Below, in pieces: positions 1-8,531 of a stretch of 64,000 bases of DNA. The first letter of the stretch is position 1, and each line of letters opens with the position of its first letter. A program made the translations under genes and the position numbers. The stretch is taken from contig CAUCKA010000008.1 in the NCBI GenBank assembly GCA_958443265.1, positions 7,823-71,822 of the forward strand, in the 5' to 3' direction. The notes beneath the pieces are model-generated. The model made no database searches. It saw only the letters and a list, made by a program, of their open reading frames with translations, and was not told the DNA's origin. This DNA is from an uncultured Collinsella sp. (GTDB lineage Bacteria > Actinomycetota > Coriobacteriia > Coriobacteriales > Coriobacteriaceae).

Positions 1-858
1 TGACCCGACTGATGATGCGATAGAAGGGATCCCATAAGCTGAAGCCTCAAGAAGCGAAAATGGCATTGCCTCGTGATGAGAAGGCAGTACGTTTAGAAGA
101 TATTTCGAAAAGAACTTACGATTGGGCTCTACGATGCCGCGATATTTAACACGATGAGAAAGATTTCGTTTTTCAATTTCAACTTGAACCTTGATGTGAT
201 CCCTACCGCACAGCTCGAAAATTAGTTCTGGGTCAAGCTTGTCATCGATCAGAACGAGCGCATCCAGTAAATCCAAGACGCCCTTGTCCTTAGAGATATT
301 TCCCAGAAATAAAACTCTAGTGCGGCCCGGCGTGTATAAATTCTCATCTGGACAAGAAACGGCATTGGGAAGAATTAATACACGCTCACTTGGATAATCC
401 AATTTTTGGAACAAGGGGTTCAGATATGTTCCTAGGGCAATGATGCGATCAGATTTTAATAGCGACCAATCTATCAGCTTTTTCATATGACTTGAGGACC
501 GAGATCTAATCTTTGCCAAGTCACAGTGAATGTGAAGTACGACAGACTGTCGATATCTTTTAGCTAGGAATATGATAACGCACGACCTGATCACGCTCGC
601 ATTATCAGCCATGTGTATATGAACAATTCCTTCGCCGGTTGAAAAGCGTTTTCGGGCCTTTAAGAGCGCGCTTACAAAACAACGGATCTTTTGAAGGGCA
701 TTTCCCTGATTGGTCGTTATAAAATAGCAAAAATCAACTTGCTCGGATCTATCTAGCTCAAAAGAAAGCATGCGCGTTAGCGTACTAATGCCTCCTAAAC
801 AGCTCGGATCAACACCAAACATACTTAAGGTGCCAAACTCCGTCTTATTCCTAGTCAT
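1..858 (-). CDS. Glycosyltransferase family 4 (GT-B), 3' end runs off the window
   Basis: Not in the ORF track; translated by hand from ATG at 858 (MTRNKTEFGTLSMFGVDP...). Contains VLFLGNISKDKG and the GT4 signature LPSHHEAMPFSLLEASAYGIPSIAS (E-x7-E). Overlaps the stop of the acetyltransferase. Low GC. Confidence 0.85.
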   Translation of the reverse strand, partial: MTRNKTEFGTLSMFGVDPSCLGGISTLTRMLSFELDRSEQVDFCYFITTNQGNALQKIRCFVSALLKARKRFSTGEGIVHIHMADNASVIRSCVIIFLAKRYRQSVVLHIHCDLAKIRSRSSSHMKKLIDWSLLKSDRIIALGTYLNPLFQKLDYPSERVLILPNAVSCPDENLYTPGRTRVLFLGNISKDKGVLDLLDALVLIDDKLDPELIFELCGRDHIKVQVEIEKRNLSHRVKYRGIVEPNRKFFSKYLLNVLPSHHEAMPFSLLEASAYGIPSIASSVGS

Positions 859-1378
859 CAAATCGTCTCCCGATTAGACGTGCGGGAACCCCCCCCCAAA
901 TGCAATTTTCTTCATAAGGGCTACGAACGACGAGCGCACCAGCAGCAATTACTGTTCCATCGGGAATATGCACACCTTTTAAAATCGTAACGTTTGCCCC
1001 AATCCAAACATCGTTACCAACAACAATGTCTTGGTCATTACTGGGTAATTTTTCAGTTGGCCTTACAGCTCGCATAGGCTTGTCTTTGACATCAGTGCGA
1101 TGATCACCAGAGATTAGAGTTATATGTGGGCCAAACATAACATCGTTACCGATAATTACTTCTGCGCCCGTTGTCCAAATTCTTGTATCGGGCCCAAATG
1201 ACACATCATTACCGACTGAAATGTTCTCCAAGCCTTGCAAATCGCAACGCTTTCCAAGCGAGAAACCCTTTCCGCACCGTGCAAAAGACCGTTTAACGAG
1301 GGGCTGAACTATAGCTTTACGAGGAAGCGCTTTCACACTGCGGCCAAAACATAGAAGCGACCGCGAAAAAGAGCCCAT
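851..1378 (-). CDS. Hexapeptide-repeat (left-handed beta-helix) O-acetyltransferase, polysaccharide modification
   Basis: IGNDVMFGPHITL, VGNDVWIGANVTILKGVHI and WGGVPARLI motifs of the MAT/GAT/WcaF family; polysaccharide locus context. Confidence 0.85.
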   Translation of the reverse strand: MGSFSRSLLCFGRSVKALPRKAIVQPLVKRSFARCGKGFSLGKRCDLQGLENISVGNDVSFGPDTRIWTTGAEVIIGNDVMFGPHITLISGDHRTDVKDKPMRAVRPTEKLPSNDQDIVVGNDVWIGANVTILKGVHIPDGTVIAAGALVVRSPYEENCIWGGVPARLIGRRFDD

Positions 1379-1382
1379 GCGG

Positions 1383-2600
1383 CTAGACCTCCTCGTAGTA
1401 GGTGTCAGGGTTCTCGGGGTCGAAGGGCTCGTTGGCCCACATGACCGTCACGAGGTCCTCGGTGTCGGACAGGTTGGTGATGGAGTGCGTGTAGCCCGGG
1501 ATCATCTCGACCACGCACATGTCGGGGCCGCTCACCACGTACTCGTCGACGGGGAACGGGTTACCTTCGGCGTCCTCCCCCACCTTCCTGAGCCTGATGC
1601 TTGCGGTGCCGGAGACCACCAGGAACCTCTCCCACTTGCTCATGTGCCAGTGGTTGCCCTTGGTGATGCCGGGCTTGCTCACATTCACGCTCACCTGCCC
1701 GCGCTCCGGCGTGCGCAGGAACTCCGTGAACGAGCCGCGGCCGTCGACATTGGGCTTCAGGCCGTAGGCGAAGTTCCCCGGCTCGTAGTGGGACAGGAAC
1801 GTGCTCCAGAGCTTCTTGGAGAAGGAGCCCTCCGTCAGGTCGGGCACCGAGAGCGTCTCACGGCTGTCGCGGAAGCTGTCCAGAAGGTAGACGATCTCGC
1901 CCAGGGTCTTCACGTCGGTACCGGGGACGTAGCAGAACCCGTCGCCGTCGACGCGCTCCAGCCCCTCGTAGCCGCAGCGGTGCTCCTCGCCGAGCAGCGC
2001 GCCCAGCATCTCGCCGACCAGGTCGTCGATGTAGAGGAGCTCAAGCTCCACGGAGGGGTCGTTGACGGTGTAGGGGCGGCCGTTGGCGATGGCATCGCAG
2101 AAGGTCGCCACGGCGGAGTTGTAGCGCGGTCGGCACCACTTGCCGTAGAGGTTGGGGAAGCGGTAGATGAGCACGGGGGCGCCGGTCCTCTCGGAATACT
2201 CGCGGAACAGGCCCTCCCCCGCGAGCTTGGACACGCCGTAGACCGAGCCCTCGAAGCGGCCCGACAGGCTCGCCTGCGCGGAGCTGGAGAGCATGACGGG
2301 GCACGTGTTCCCGTGGCGCTCGAGGGCACCGAGCAGCGTGGAGGCGAAACCGAAGTTGCCCTCCATGAACTCCGCCTGGTCCTCGGGGCGGTTGACGCCG
2401 GCCAGGTTGAAGACGAAGTCGGCGCGGGAGCAGTAGTCCTCCAGCTCCCCTAGGGCCGAGTCGAGGTCGTACTCCATGACCTCGAGGGGAAGGAGGGTCT
2501 GGTATTTCTCGCGGCGGTCCTTGCCATCGCGGATGTTCTTCAGCGCGCAGCAGAGGTTCCTGCCCACGAACCCCTTCGCGCCGGTGACGAGGACGCGCAC
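1383..2600 (-). CDS. fnlB: UDP-2-acetamido-2,6-dideoxy-hexulose reductase with C-terminal cupin (CapF/WbjC/FnlB family)
   Basis: VLVTGAKGFVGRNL Rossmann motif, YGVSK catalytic motif, FPNLYGKWCRPRYNSAVATFC, and cupin PGITKGNHWH...TVMWANEPFDP characteristic of CapF/WbjC. Confidence 0.85.
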   Translation of the reverse strand: MRVLVTGAKGFVGRNLCCALKNIRDGKDRREKYQTLLPLEVMEYDLDSALGELEDYCSRADFVFNLAGVNRPEDQAEFMEGNFGFASTLLGALERHGNTCPVMLSSSAQASLSGRFEGSVYGVSKLAGEGLFREYSERTGAPVLIYRFPNLYGKWCRPRYNSAVATFCDAIANGRPYTVNDPSVELELLYIDDLVGEMLGALLGEEHRCGYEGLERVDGDGFCYVPGTDVKTLGEIVYLLDSFRDSRETLSVPDLTEGSFSKKLWSTFLSHYEPGNFAYGLKPNVDGRGSFTEFLRTPERGQVSVNVSKPGITKGNHWHMSKWERFLVVSGTASIRLRKVGEDAEGNPFPVDEYVVSGPDMCVVEMIPGYTHSITNLSDTEDLVTVMWANEPFDPENPDTYYEEV

Positions 2601-2601
2601 C

Positions 2602-3660
2602 CTACTGCACCGCCTCGTGCTCGCGGCCCTCGAGTGCCAGCTGCACGTACTCGGCGGTCTTGATCTTGGCGATGGTGCCCGCCACGTCGAGCCTCTCGGT
2701 GTTGTGGCTCGTGTAGGACTCGTCGGCCTGGGTCTCCACCTCGCCGTCGACGACGAACTTGTCGTAGTTGAGGTCGCGCGAGTCGCATGCCACGCGGTAG
2801 TAGCCTCCCATGTCCTCGGCGCGCAGTCGCTCCTCGCGGGTCATGAGGGTCTCGAAGAGCTTCTCGCCGTGGCGGGTGCCGATCACCTGGGTGCCCACGC
2901 GGCCGAAGACCTCCTGGACGGCCTCGGCGAGGTCGCCGATCGTGGATGCCGGCGCCTTCTGGATGAACAGGTCGCCGGGGTTGGCGTGCTCGAAGGCGAA
3001 CTGCACCAGGTCCACGGCCTCGTCCAGGTTCATGAGGAAGCGGGTCATGTTGGGGTCGGTCACCGTCAGCGGCTCGCCCTTGCGGATGCGGTCGATGAAC
3101 AGCGGGATGACGCTGCCGCGCGAGCACATGACGTTGCCGTAGCGGGTGCAGCAGATGGTGGTGCGTCCTGCGCCGTTGCGGGCGTTGGCGTAGATGATGG
3201 ACTCCATCATGGCCTTGGACTTGCCCATGGCGTTGATGGGGTAGGCCGCCTTGTCGGTGGACAGGCACACGACGCGGTCGACGCCCTCCTCGATCGCGGC
3301 GTGCAGGACGTTGTCCGTTCCGATGACGTTGGTGCGCACGGCCTCCATGGGGAAGAACTCGCAGGAGGGCACCTGCTTGAGGGCCGCCGCATGGAAGATG
3401 TAGTCCACGCCGTGCATGGCGTCGCGCACGCTCCGGGCGTTGCGGACGTCGCCGATGAAGAAGCGCACCTTGGAGGCGAGCTCCGGGGACCTCTCCTGCA
3501 GGCGGTGGCGCATGTCGTCCTGCTTCTTCTCGTCGCGGGAGAAGATGCGGATCTCGGCCAGGTCGGTGTTCATGAAGTGCTTGAGCACGGTGTTGCCGAA
3601 CGAGCCGGTGCCGCCCGTGATCATGAGGGTCTTGTCTTTGAATGCGGTCGTGGATTTCAT
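2602..3660 (-). CDS. fnlA: UDP-GlcNAc 4,6-dehydratase/5-epimerase (CapE/WbjB/FnlA family)
   Basis: ITGGTGSFG, FHAAALKQVPSCEFFPMEAV, LSTDKAAYPINAMGKSKAMME, RYGNVMCSRGSVIPLF and RDLNYDKF motifs. Confidence 0.9.
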   Translation of the reverse strand: MKSTTAFKDKTLMITGGTGSFGNTVLKHFMNTDLAEIRIFSRDEKKQDDMRHRLQERSPELASKVRFFIGDVRNARSVRDAMHGVDYIFHAAALKQVPSCEFFPMEAVRTNVIGTDNVLHAAIEEGVDRVVCLSTDKAAYPINAMGKSKAMMESIIYANARNGAGRTTICCTRYGNVMCSRGSVIPLFIDRIRKGEPLTVTDPNMTRFLMNLDEAVDLVQFAFEHANPGDLFIQKAPASTIGDLAEAVQEVFGRVGTQVIGTRHGEKLFETLMTREERLRAEDMGGYYRVACDSRDLNYDKFVVDGEVETQADESYTSHNTERLDVAGTIAKIKTAEYVQLALEGREHEAVQ

Positions 3661-4437
3661 CTACTTGCCTTCCTTGCGTTTTGCGCCAGTGAACTGGTAA
3701 AAGAGAAACTTTGTGTTAGTAATGAGGTATCGCTTGAAAAGCCGTTTCGGCTCTTGGATAAGTCTGTATAGCCATTCGAGGCTCAAGTCCTGCATCCAGA
3801 TCGGTGCCTCCGGCACCACTCCGGCGAGGACATTGAAGGCTCCCCCGACACCGATCATTATTGGCTGGGGGCCACCTTTAAGCTCATGCATGAGGACTTC
3901 CTGGCGAGGCGCACCCAGCGCAATCCATGCGAAGTCTGCACCCGAATCAGCGATACGTCGCGAAAGGTCTCGCTTCTCGCTATCGGAGAGCGGTCGGAAA
4001 ACCGAAGGCTCCATGCCAGCTATTTCCAGGCCCGGATATTCCTTTTGAAGTGAATTCTTGAGAGCGTCGAGATTCTTCTGCTCGTTACCGTAGAAGTAAT
4101 GGCTCCATCCCTGCTGCAAGGAAATGCTGAAAATCTCTCGCATTAGATCGGGTCCAGTTACACGCCCCATTGACTCTATTGTTTTACGTCCAACAACAGA
4201 TAAAGGCTTGCCGTCGGGAACGGACATGAGGGAGTCCGCTTGGCAGGCCCAATAGGAAGGGTCGTCATGAGCCATAACCGACGTGTGAGCATTGGATACG
4301 CAAATATACTCGCCATGTAGCTCATCTATATGGCGAGTGAGAAACTCGACGCACTCAGACATATTGGTTCCCGTGATCGGAACATCGATTACGGGAACAC
4401 GCTTGAGCTCAACGAATTTTGAATAGTCCCGGAGCAT
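3661..4437 (-). CDS. WecG/TagA/CpsF family glycosyltransferase (GT26)
   Basis: PDGKPL, RVTGPDLM, ALGAPRQE, GVGGAF and APIWMQDLSLEWLYRLIQEPKRLFKRY motifs. ATG at 4437 overlaps the upstream TAA (TAATG). Confidence 0.9.
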   Translation of the reverse strand: MLRDYSKFVELKRVPVIDVPITGTNMSECVEFLTRHIDELHGEYICVSNAHTSVMAHDDPSYWACQADSLMSVPDGKPLSVVGRKTIESMGRVTGPDLMREIFSISLQQGWSHYFYGNEQKNLDALKNSLQKEYPGLEIAGMEPSVFRPLSDSEKRDLSRRIADSGADFAWIALGAPRQEVLMHELKGGPQPIMIGVGGAFNVLAGVVPEAPIWMQDLSLEWLYRLIQEPKRLFKRYLITNTKFLFYQFTGAKRKEGK

Positions 4438-5198
4438 TAGCACGCACCCTTACCGGTGATGACCTCGATCACCGTGAGAGCGACGATCTTGAGGTCCGTA
4501 ACGGGACCGCGCTTGGCGATGTACTCCAGGTCGCGCTGAACCATCCCATCGAAACCCGTTGAGTTGCGCTCCGTCACCTGCCACCAGCCGGTGATCCCGG
4601 GCTTCACGGCCAGGCGCTGCAGGTCGTACTCCGTGTACTCGGCCACCTCGTTGGGCAGCGGCGGGCGCGGACCGACGACGGACATCTGGCCCAGGAACAC
4701 GTTGAGGAACTGCGGGAACTCGTCGATGGAGTGCTTGCGGATGAACCTGCCGATCTTGGTGACGCGGGGATCGTCCCTCATCTTGAACATGGCGCCGGCG
4801 ATCTCGTTCTGCCCCTTGAGCTCGGCGAGGCGCTCGTCGGCGTCTTTGTACATGGATCGGAACTTCCACATGCGGAAGGTGGACAGACTGCCGTCGCGGT
4901 GGGTCTGGCCCACGCGGATCTGGCTGTAGAACGGGTTGCCCTCGCTCTCCAGGCGGATGGCCGCGGCGAGTACCAGACTGGGTATGGCAATGACGGCCAG
5001 CACGCAGCCGCTGAATACGATGTCGAAGGCTCGCTTGACGGCCCTGTAGCCCAGGCGCGTGCGGCCCCAGTCCTTCACGGCCTGCATGGCCTTGTAGCGC
5101 ATGCTCGCGTCACCGCCGCTCATTGCCTGGGCAACAAGCGCAGCCCCCACCGGTGCTCCTGCAGAATATTCAGTTTTATCTGACAAAATTTCCTTCAA
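4437..5198 (-). CDS. Priming phosphoglycosyl transferase (bacterial sugar transferase, CpsE/WcaJ-like small form)
   Basis: KRAFDI, KFRSM, DDPRVTKIGRFIRKHSIDEFPQFLNVFLGQMSVVGPRP and KPGITGWWQV motifs. TTG start is uncertain. Confidence 0.88.
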   Translation of the reverse strand: MKEILSDKTEYSAGAPVGAALVAQAMSGGDASMRYKAMQAVKDWGRTRLGYRAVKRAFDIVFSGCVLAVIAIPSLVLAAAIRLESEGNPFYSQIRVGQTHRDGSLSTFRMWKFRSMYKDADERLAELKGQNEIAGAMFKMRDDPRVTKIGRFIRKHSIDEFPQFLNVFLGQMSVVGPRPPLPNEVAEYTEYDLQRLAVKPGITGWWQVTERNSTGFDGMVQRDLEYIAKRGPVTDLKIVALTVIEVITGKGAC

Positions 5199-5253
5199 AC
5201 CTACGTCCCCGTCCCCGGGAATCCTCCCTGTCCCGTTAAACAGGCGCCCGTAA

Positions 5254-5799
5254 TTAGGCGATCGCCTGTTTTAGGTTTCGCATTACGCGCTGCTCGGCTG
5301 AAAGCACCGCGAGGCCAACGCGGGTGGTTACGCGCCGGCCGCAAAGGTCGAGCTCCAAATAAGCAGTGCTCTTGCGTCTGTTAATGTTTTTGATAAGGCC
5401 CTCGTGGCCCAGTAGAGGACCTGCCGTCACTACGACCTGATCACCGTCTTTTAGGGCTTCGCTCATGGGAACCACGCGGGCTCCCCTATGCGTAAAGTCG
5501 CCAATAAGCTGGACCTCTTCTTTTGCCAGCGGCACAAACTGACCGTCCTGGGATAGCACCCGGGCAAAGTCGTCCATGCGCAGCAGATACTGTTGCACGG
5601 TGCGGGGATCTGCCGTATCGCAGATAAGGTAACCGGGAAAGAGCGACTTGGTCGTGTTGACCCATTCGCCGTGTACCTTGATCTCGGTTTGAAATTGGGG
5701 ATAAAAGAGCTCCTGCATGGCGCCAGCCGGCACCACGCGCTCGATGCGCTCGCGCATTACGTCTTCGCGACCGTTAATGACCTGAATCACATACCACAC
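5254..5799 (-). CDS. loaP: NusG-paralog transcription antiterminator (LoaP/UpxY type)
   Basis: MWYVIQV...G.E N-terminus, LFPGYL NGN motif, KOW motif GDQVVVTAGPLLGHEGLIKNINRRK. First gene of a polysaccharide operon. GTG at 5799 follows an AAGGGGG RBS. Confidence 0.8.
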   Translation of the reverse strand: MWYVIQVINGREDVMRERIERVVPAGAMQELFYPQFQTEIKVHGEWVNTTKSLFPGYLICDTADPRTVQQYLLRMDDFARVLSQDGQFVPLAKEEVQLIGDFTHRGARVVPMSEALKDGDQVVVTAGPLLGHEGLIKNINRRKSTAYLELDLCGRRVTTRVGLAVLSAEQRVMRNLKQAIA

Positions 5800-6555
5800 G
5801 AGCACCACCCCCTTGCTGTCTTACGTGTGGCTCACGGGGTTTGGGTATGGCTTCGCCAGGGCGCTTGTGCGCGAAGGCGCTCCATATTCAAACCCTGAGC
5901 CCAGTTAGACAAGCACGTGGCTCTGCCCCACCGTGAACGGTATGTATACGTGCAGTTGCTAGAGTCGCGGACGTGTATCGCAAAAATGACCGCGACCCCA
6001 GCTGGCTGCGTGCGGCCTAGTCAAGCGGGAACAAAACTGGACCGCACGCAAACAGCTGCAAGACTGCTGAAATTTGTCATGAAATATCGAATCGAAAAAA
6101 CAGCTTACACAAAGTCAAGAACAAATGCTTTCGATGCGATACGCATGACAACGCTATTGGAGCTCGTGGTTTTTCTGGCACCGCCGTTACGGCCGGATGC
6201 TGATCGACCCTGCGCTTTGCGGCTTGTTGGAGCCGTGAGCACAGTTGAACCCATGTAACGTTAGGTATCCTAGCACAGCAGGTGGCCCATGCGTTTTGGG
6301 GTGTGTTGAGCAACATATTGTTTATTTGCCGTGGTTATGGGGGATATTGTGCCGTCTTGCACACATTGCCGCAGGTTTATGGGGGTGTGTGCGTTGGTGA
6401 GCAACGCCTGAGTTGTCTTGCTGAGGGCGTGAATTGCTCAAACTATTAAGTTTGGCTAACAAACTTTGTACAAAACCGGGAAGGTAATTGCGCAACTTTT
6501 TGCGGGGTGGGCGCGGGCGCACGCGTCACTTTCGTTTGTGGGGTTGAGGGATATG

Positions 6556-6587
6556 AAAAGAGGCCACCGAATACCCGTTGGCCTCTT
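6556..6587 (-). terminator. Intrinsic terminator downstream of tRNA-Ala
   Basis: AAGAGGCCA/TGGCCTCTT stem running into a T tract on the minus strand. Confidence 0.7.
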
Positions 6588-6597
6588 AGAATCACGA

Positions 6598-6673
6598 TGG
6601 TGGAGACGAGGGGGATCGAACCCCTGACCTCTTGACTGCCAGTCAAGCGCTCTCCCAGCTGAGCTACGCCCCC
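6598..6673 (-). tRNA. tRNA-Ala (GGC)
   Basis: GGGGGCGTAGCTCAGCTGGGAGAGCGCTTGACTGGCAGTCAAGAGGTCAGGGGTTCGATCCCCCTCGTCTCCACCA: cloverleaf, G3:U70 Ala determinant, anticodon GGC, encoded CCA. Confidence 0.97.
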
Positions 6674-6686
6674 GTGACGAAGTAGT

Positions 6687-6715
6687 ACTATAGGGGAAGA
6701 TTCTTAGTTGTGCAA
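6687..6715 (-). promoter_or_regulatory. Putative sigma-70 promoter of tRNA-Ala
   Basis: TTGCAC-17 nt-TATAGT immediately upstream of the tRNA. Confidence 0.6.
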
Positions 6716-6769
6716 GAAGTTTTTTTTGGGTTGTTTCCGTCACTTACGGGTTTTCCTGGGACGGGGCCG

Positions 6770-6806
6770 AATTGACAGATTTTGACTTCGGCAAAATCTG
6801 TCAATT
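6770..6806. repeat. Perfect 15-bp inverted repeat inside GGGACG...CGTCCC flanks
   Basis: AATTGACAGATTTTG-ACTTCGG-CAAAATCTGTCAATT. Confidence 0.85.
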
Positions 6807-6844
6807 AACCCATCGTCCCGATAAAACCCTCACGCGGCGATGCC

Positions 6845-7486
6845 TTACTTGTAGAGGTAGGCGATTGCGGTTCCTTGGTGGACTTGGATCTTGGCCGTTT
6901 TCCTGACGACATTAGAGATGCCGGTGTCGGCTAACAGGCCTAGGGGGCTGCGATCTAGCTCCCACTCTAGACCGTGTTCGCTTATCTCTGTGTTGGGAGC
7001 GATGGCGATGATGGAAAAGGTTTTGCCCTCGGCGCCCTCGATGGTCCAGGTCTCGTCCTGGTGCAGGATTCTAGCCGTCACTTCGTCTTCTTCGATCCAG
7101 ACGGGGGCGTCCGCATGGCCTGCCAGTAGCCCTAACACAGACAGGGCCATGTCCGGGCGGCCGCCGGTGGCGCAAGTCGCAACCACTTCGGCGCCCGGCC
7201 AGCGGCGGCGAACGGAATCGAGCGCCAATGCCAGATCGGTATAGTCCTTGTAGGGGTTGTGACGCTCCACCTCAAAGGCTTCGGCGGCATCGACCAGTGC
7301 GCGTCCCTCATCGCTTACGGTGTCGGCATCGCCCACGTAGACGTCGCAGTTCAGGCCAGCGCCCAGCAGCGCGTCGAGCCCGCGGTCCACGGCGACAACG
7401 TGGTCGCACTCCCCTGCCAGGTGGCACAGCAACTCGGGGCTCGCCAGCACCGGCGAGCCGCAAACTACTAATACTTTGCAAGCCAC
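6845..7486 (-). CDS. thiN: Thiamine diphosphokinase
   Basis: VAVDRG, VGDADTV, KDYTDLALA, ATGGRPD and GISNVV motifs of thiamine pyrophosphokinase. Confidence 0.85.
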   Translation of the reverse strand: MACKVLVVCGSPVLASPELLCHLAGECDHVVAVDRGLDALLGAGLNCDVYVGDADTVSDEGRALVDAAEAFEVERHNPYKDYTDLALALDSVRRRWPGAEVVATCATGGRPDMALSVLGLLAGHADAPVWIEEDEVTARILHQDETWTIEGAEGKTFSIIAIAPNTEISEHGLEWELDRSPLGLLADTGISNVVRKTAKIQVHQGTAIAYLYK

Positions 7487-7495
7487 GGCCCTCGC

Positions 7496-8185
7496 CTAGC
7501 CTTCAAACGAAAGCACGCGGGCCAGGTCCAGGTCCTCGTAGCTATCGATAAAGATGTCGCAGTTATCGCGAACCTCGTCGCGCTGCATGCGGCCGTGCGG
7601 GTCATAAATACCAACGCGTTTAAATCCAGCAGTGCCAGAGCTCTTAAGTCCAAAGACGGCGTCCTCAAACACCCACGCCCGCTCAAACTTGCGCCCGTGA
7701 CGCTCTTCCAGTCGGCGCAGCGCCAACTCGTACACATCGGGGAATTGCTTGGAGCGCCCCGCCTCACCCGTCGTGGTAATAAACTCCAGATAGCGATCAA
7801 GGCCAGCACCCGCAAGGGCGGACTGCACCAGTTCGGCCGGCGTGGACGTGGCCACGCACATCGCAATGCCGGCCGCCTTCGCCTGCTCCAAAAATGCAAG
7901 CAGGCCCTCGCGCGGCGGCACCTTGGAGTAGCCATCAATCAAAATCTCGCCCAGCTCGCGATACAGCTCCTCGCCATTCGCGCCAATGCCCCACGTGTCG
8001 TGGTATGCCTGGCACTCGTCCTCCAGCGACAAATGCTCAAACTGGGCAAAATCGTCGACCGTTACAGCAATGCCATAACGGCGCAATAACTCGGGCTGGG
8101 CATAGGCCCAAACGGGGGTGCTATTAACCAGTGTTCCGTCGCAATCGAAAATAAAAGCAACATTGGGAGCGGCGGTCTGGGACAT
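7496..8185 (-). CDS. HAD-family phosphatase
   Basis: IFDCDGTLVNS (motif I), ATST (II), K.FPDVY (III), FEDAVFG (IV). ATG at 8185 follows GAAAGG. Confidence 0.85.
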   Translation of the reverse strand: MSQTAAPNVAFIFDCDGTLVNSTPVWAYAQPELLRRYGIAVTVDDFAQFEHLSLEDECQAYHDTWGIGANGEELYRELGEILIDGYSKVPPREGLLAFLEQAKAAGIAMCVATSTPAELVQSALAGAGLDRYLEFITTTGEAGRSKQFPDVYELALRRLEERHGRKFERAWVFEDAVFGLKSSGTAGFKRVGIYDPHGRMQRDEVRDNCDIFIDSYEDLDLARVLSFEG

Positions 8186-8531
8186 AAACGTACCTTTCGA
8201 TGTCAAATGGTAAACAACCTGCTAAAAACGTTTTACCAAACGTCAGCCTAACAGTTTTGAAACCCTAATTGGTAAAACTGTCAAGAGTTTTACCATCGCA
8301 ATTCTGCCAGTGGTATAAACATGGCGCTCGCCGATTAAACGCCGCCGCAAATCCACTTTTCTCCATAAAAGTAACGAACAGGTGTTATCGTATTTCGTGC
8401 CGAAAGTTCCACCGAGCACGCGAGGTGGAACGAATCATAGAACTATCGCCGTCCCTTCGATTCGTGCAGCCTTGGACCTTTCGCATCTAGTCACCAAGGC
8501 AACACGCTGCCGCGTCATGATGGGATCAAAC

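Noticed and set aside
6598..6673. tRNA-Ala as an integration site for the polysaccharide locus
   Set aside because: No integrase and no duplicated tRNA 3' end are visible in the window, and the native terminator follows the tRNA.
5917..6743. Short ORFs in the loaP-tRNA intergenic region
   Set aside because: They lack a convincing RBS, motif or host-like codon pattern, and two of them overlap the tRNA.
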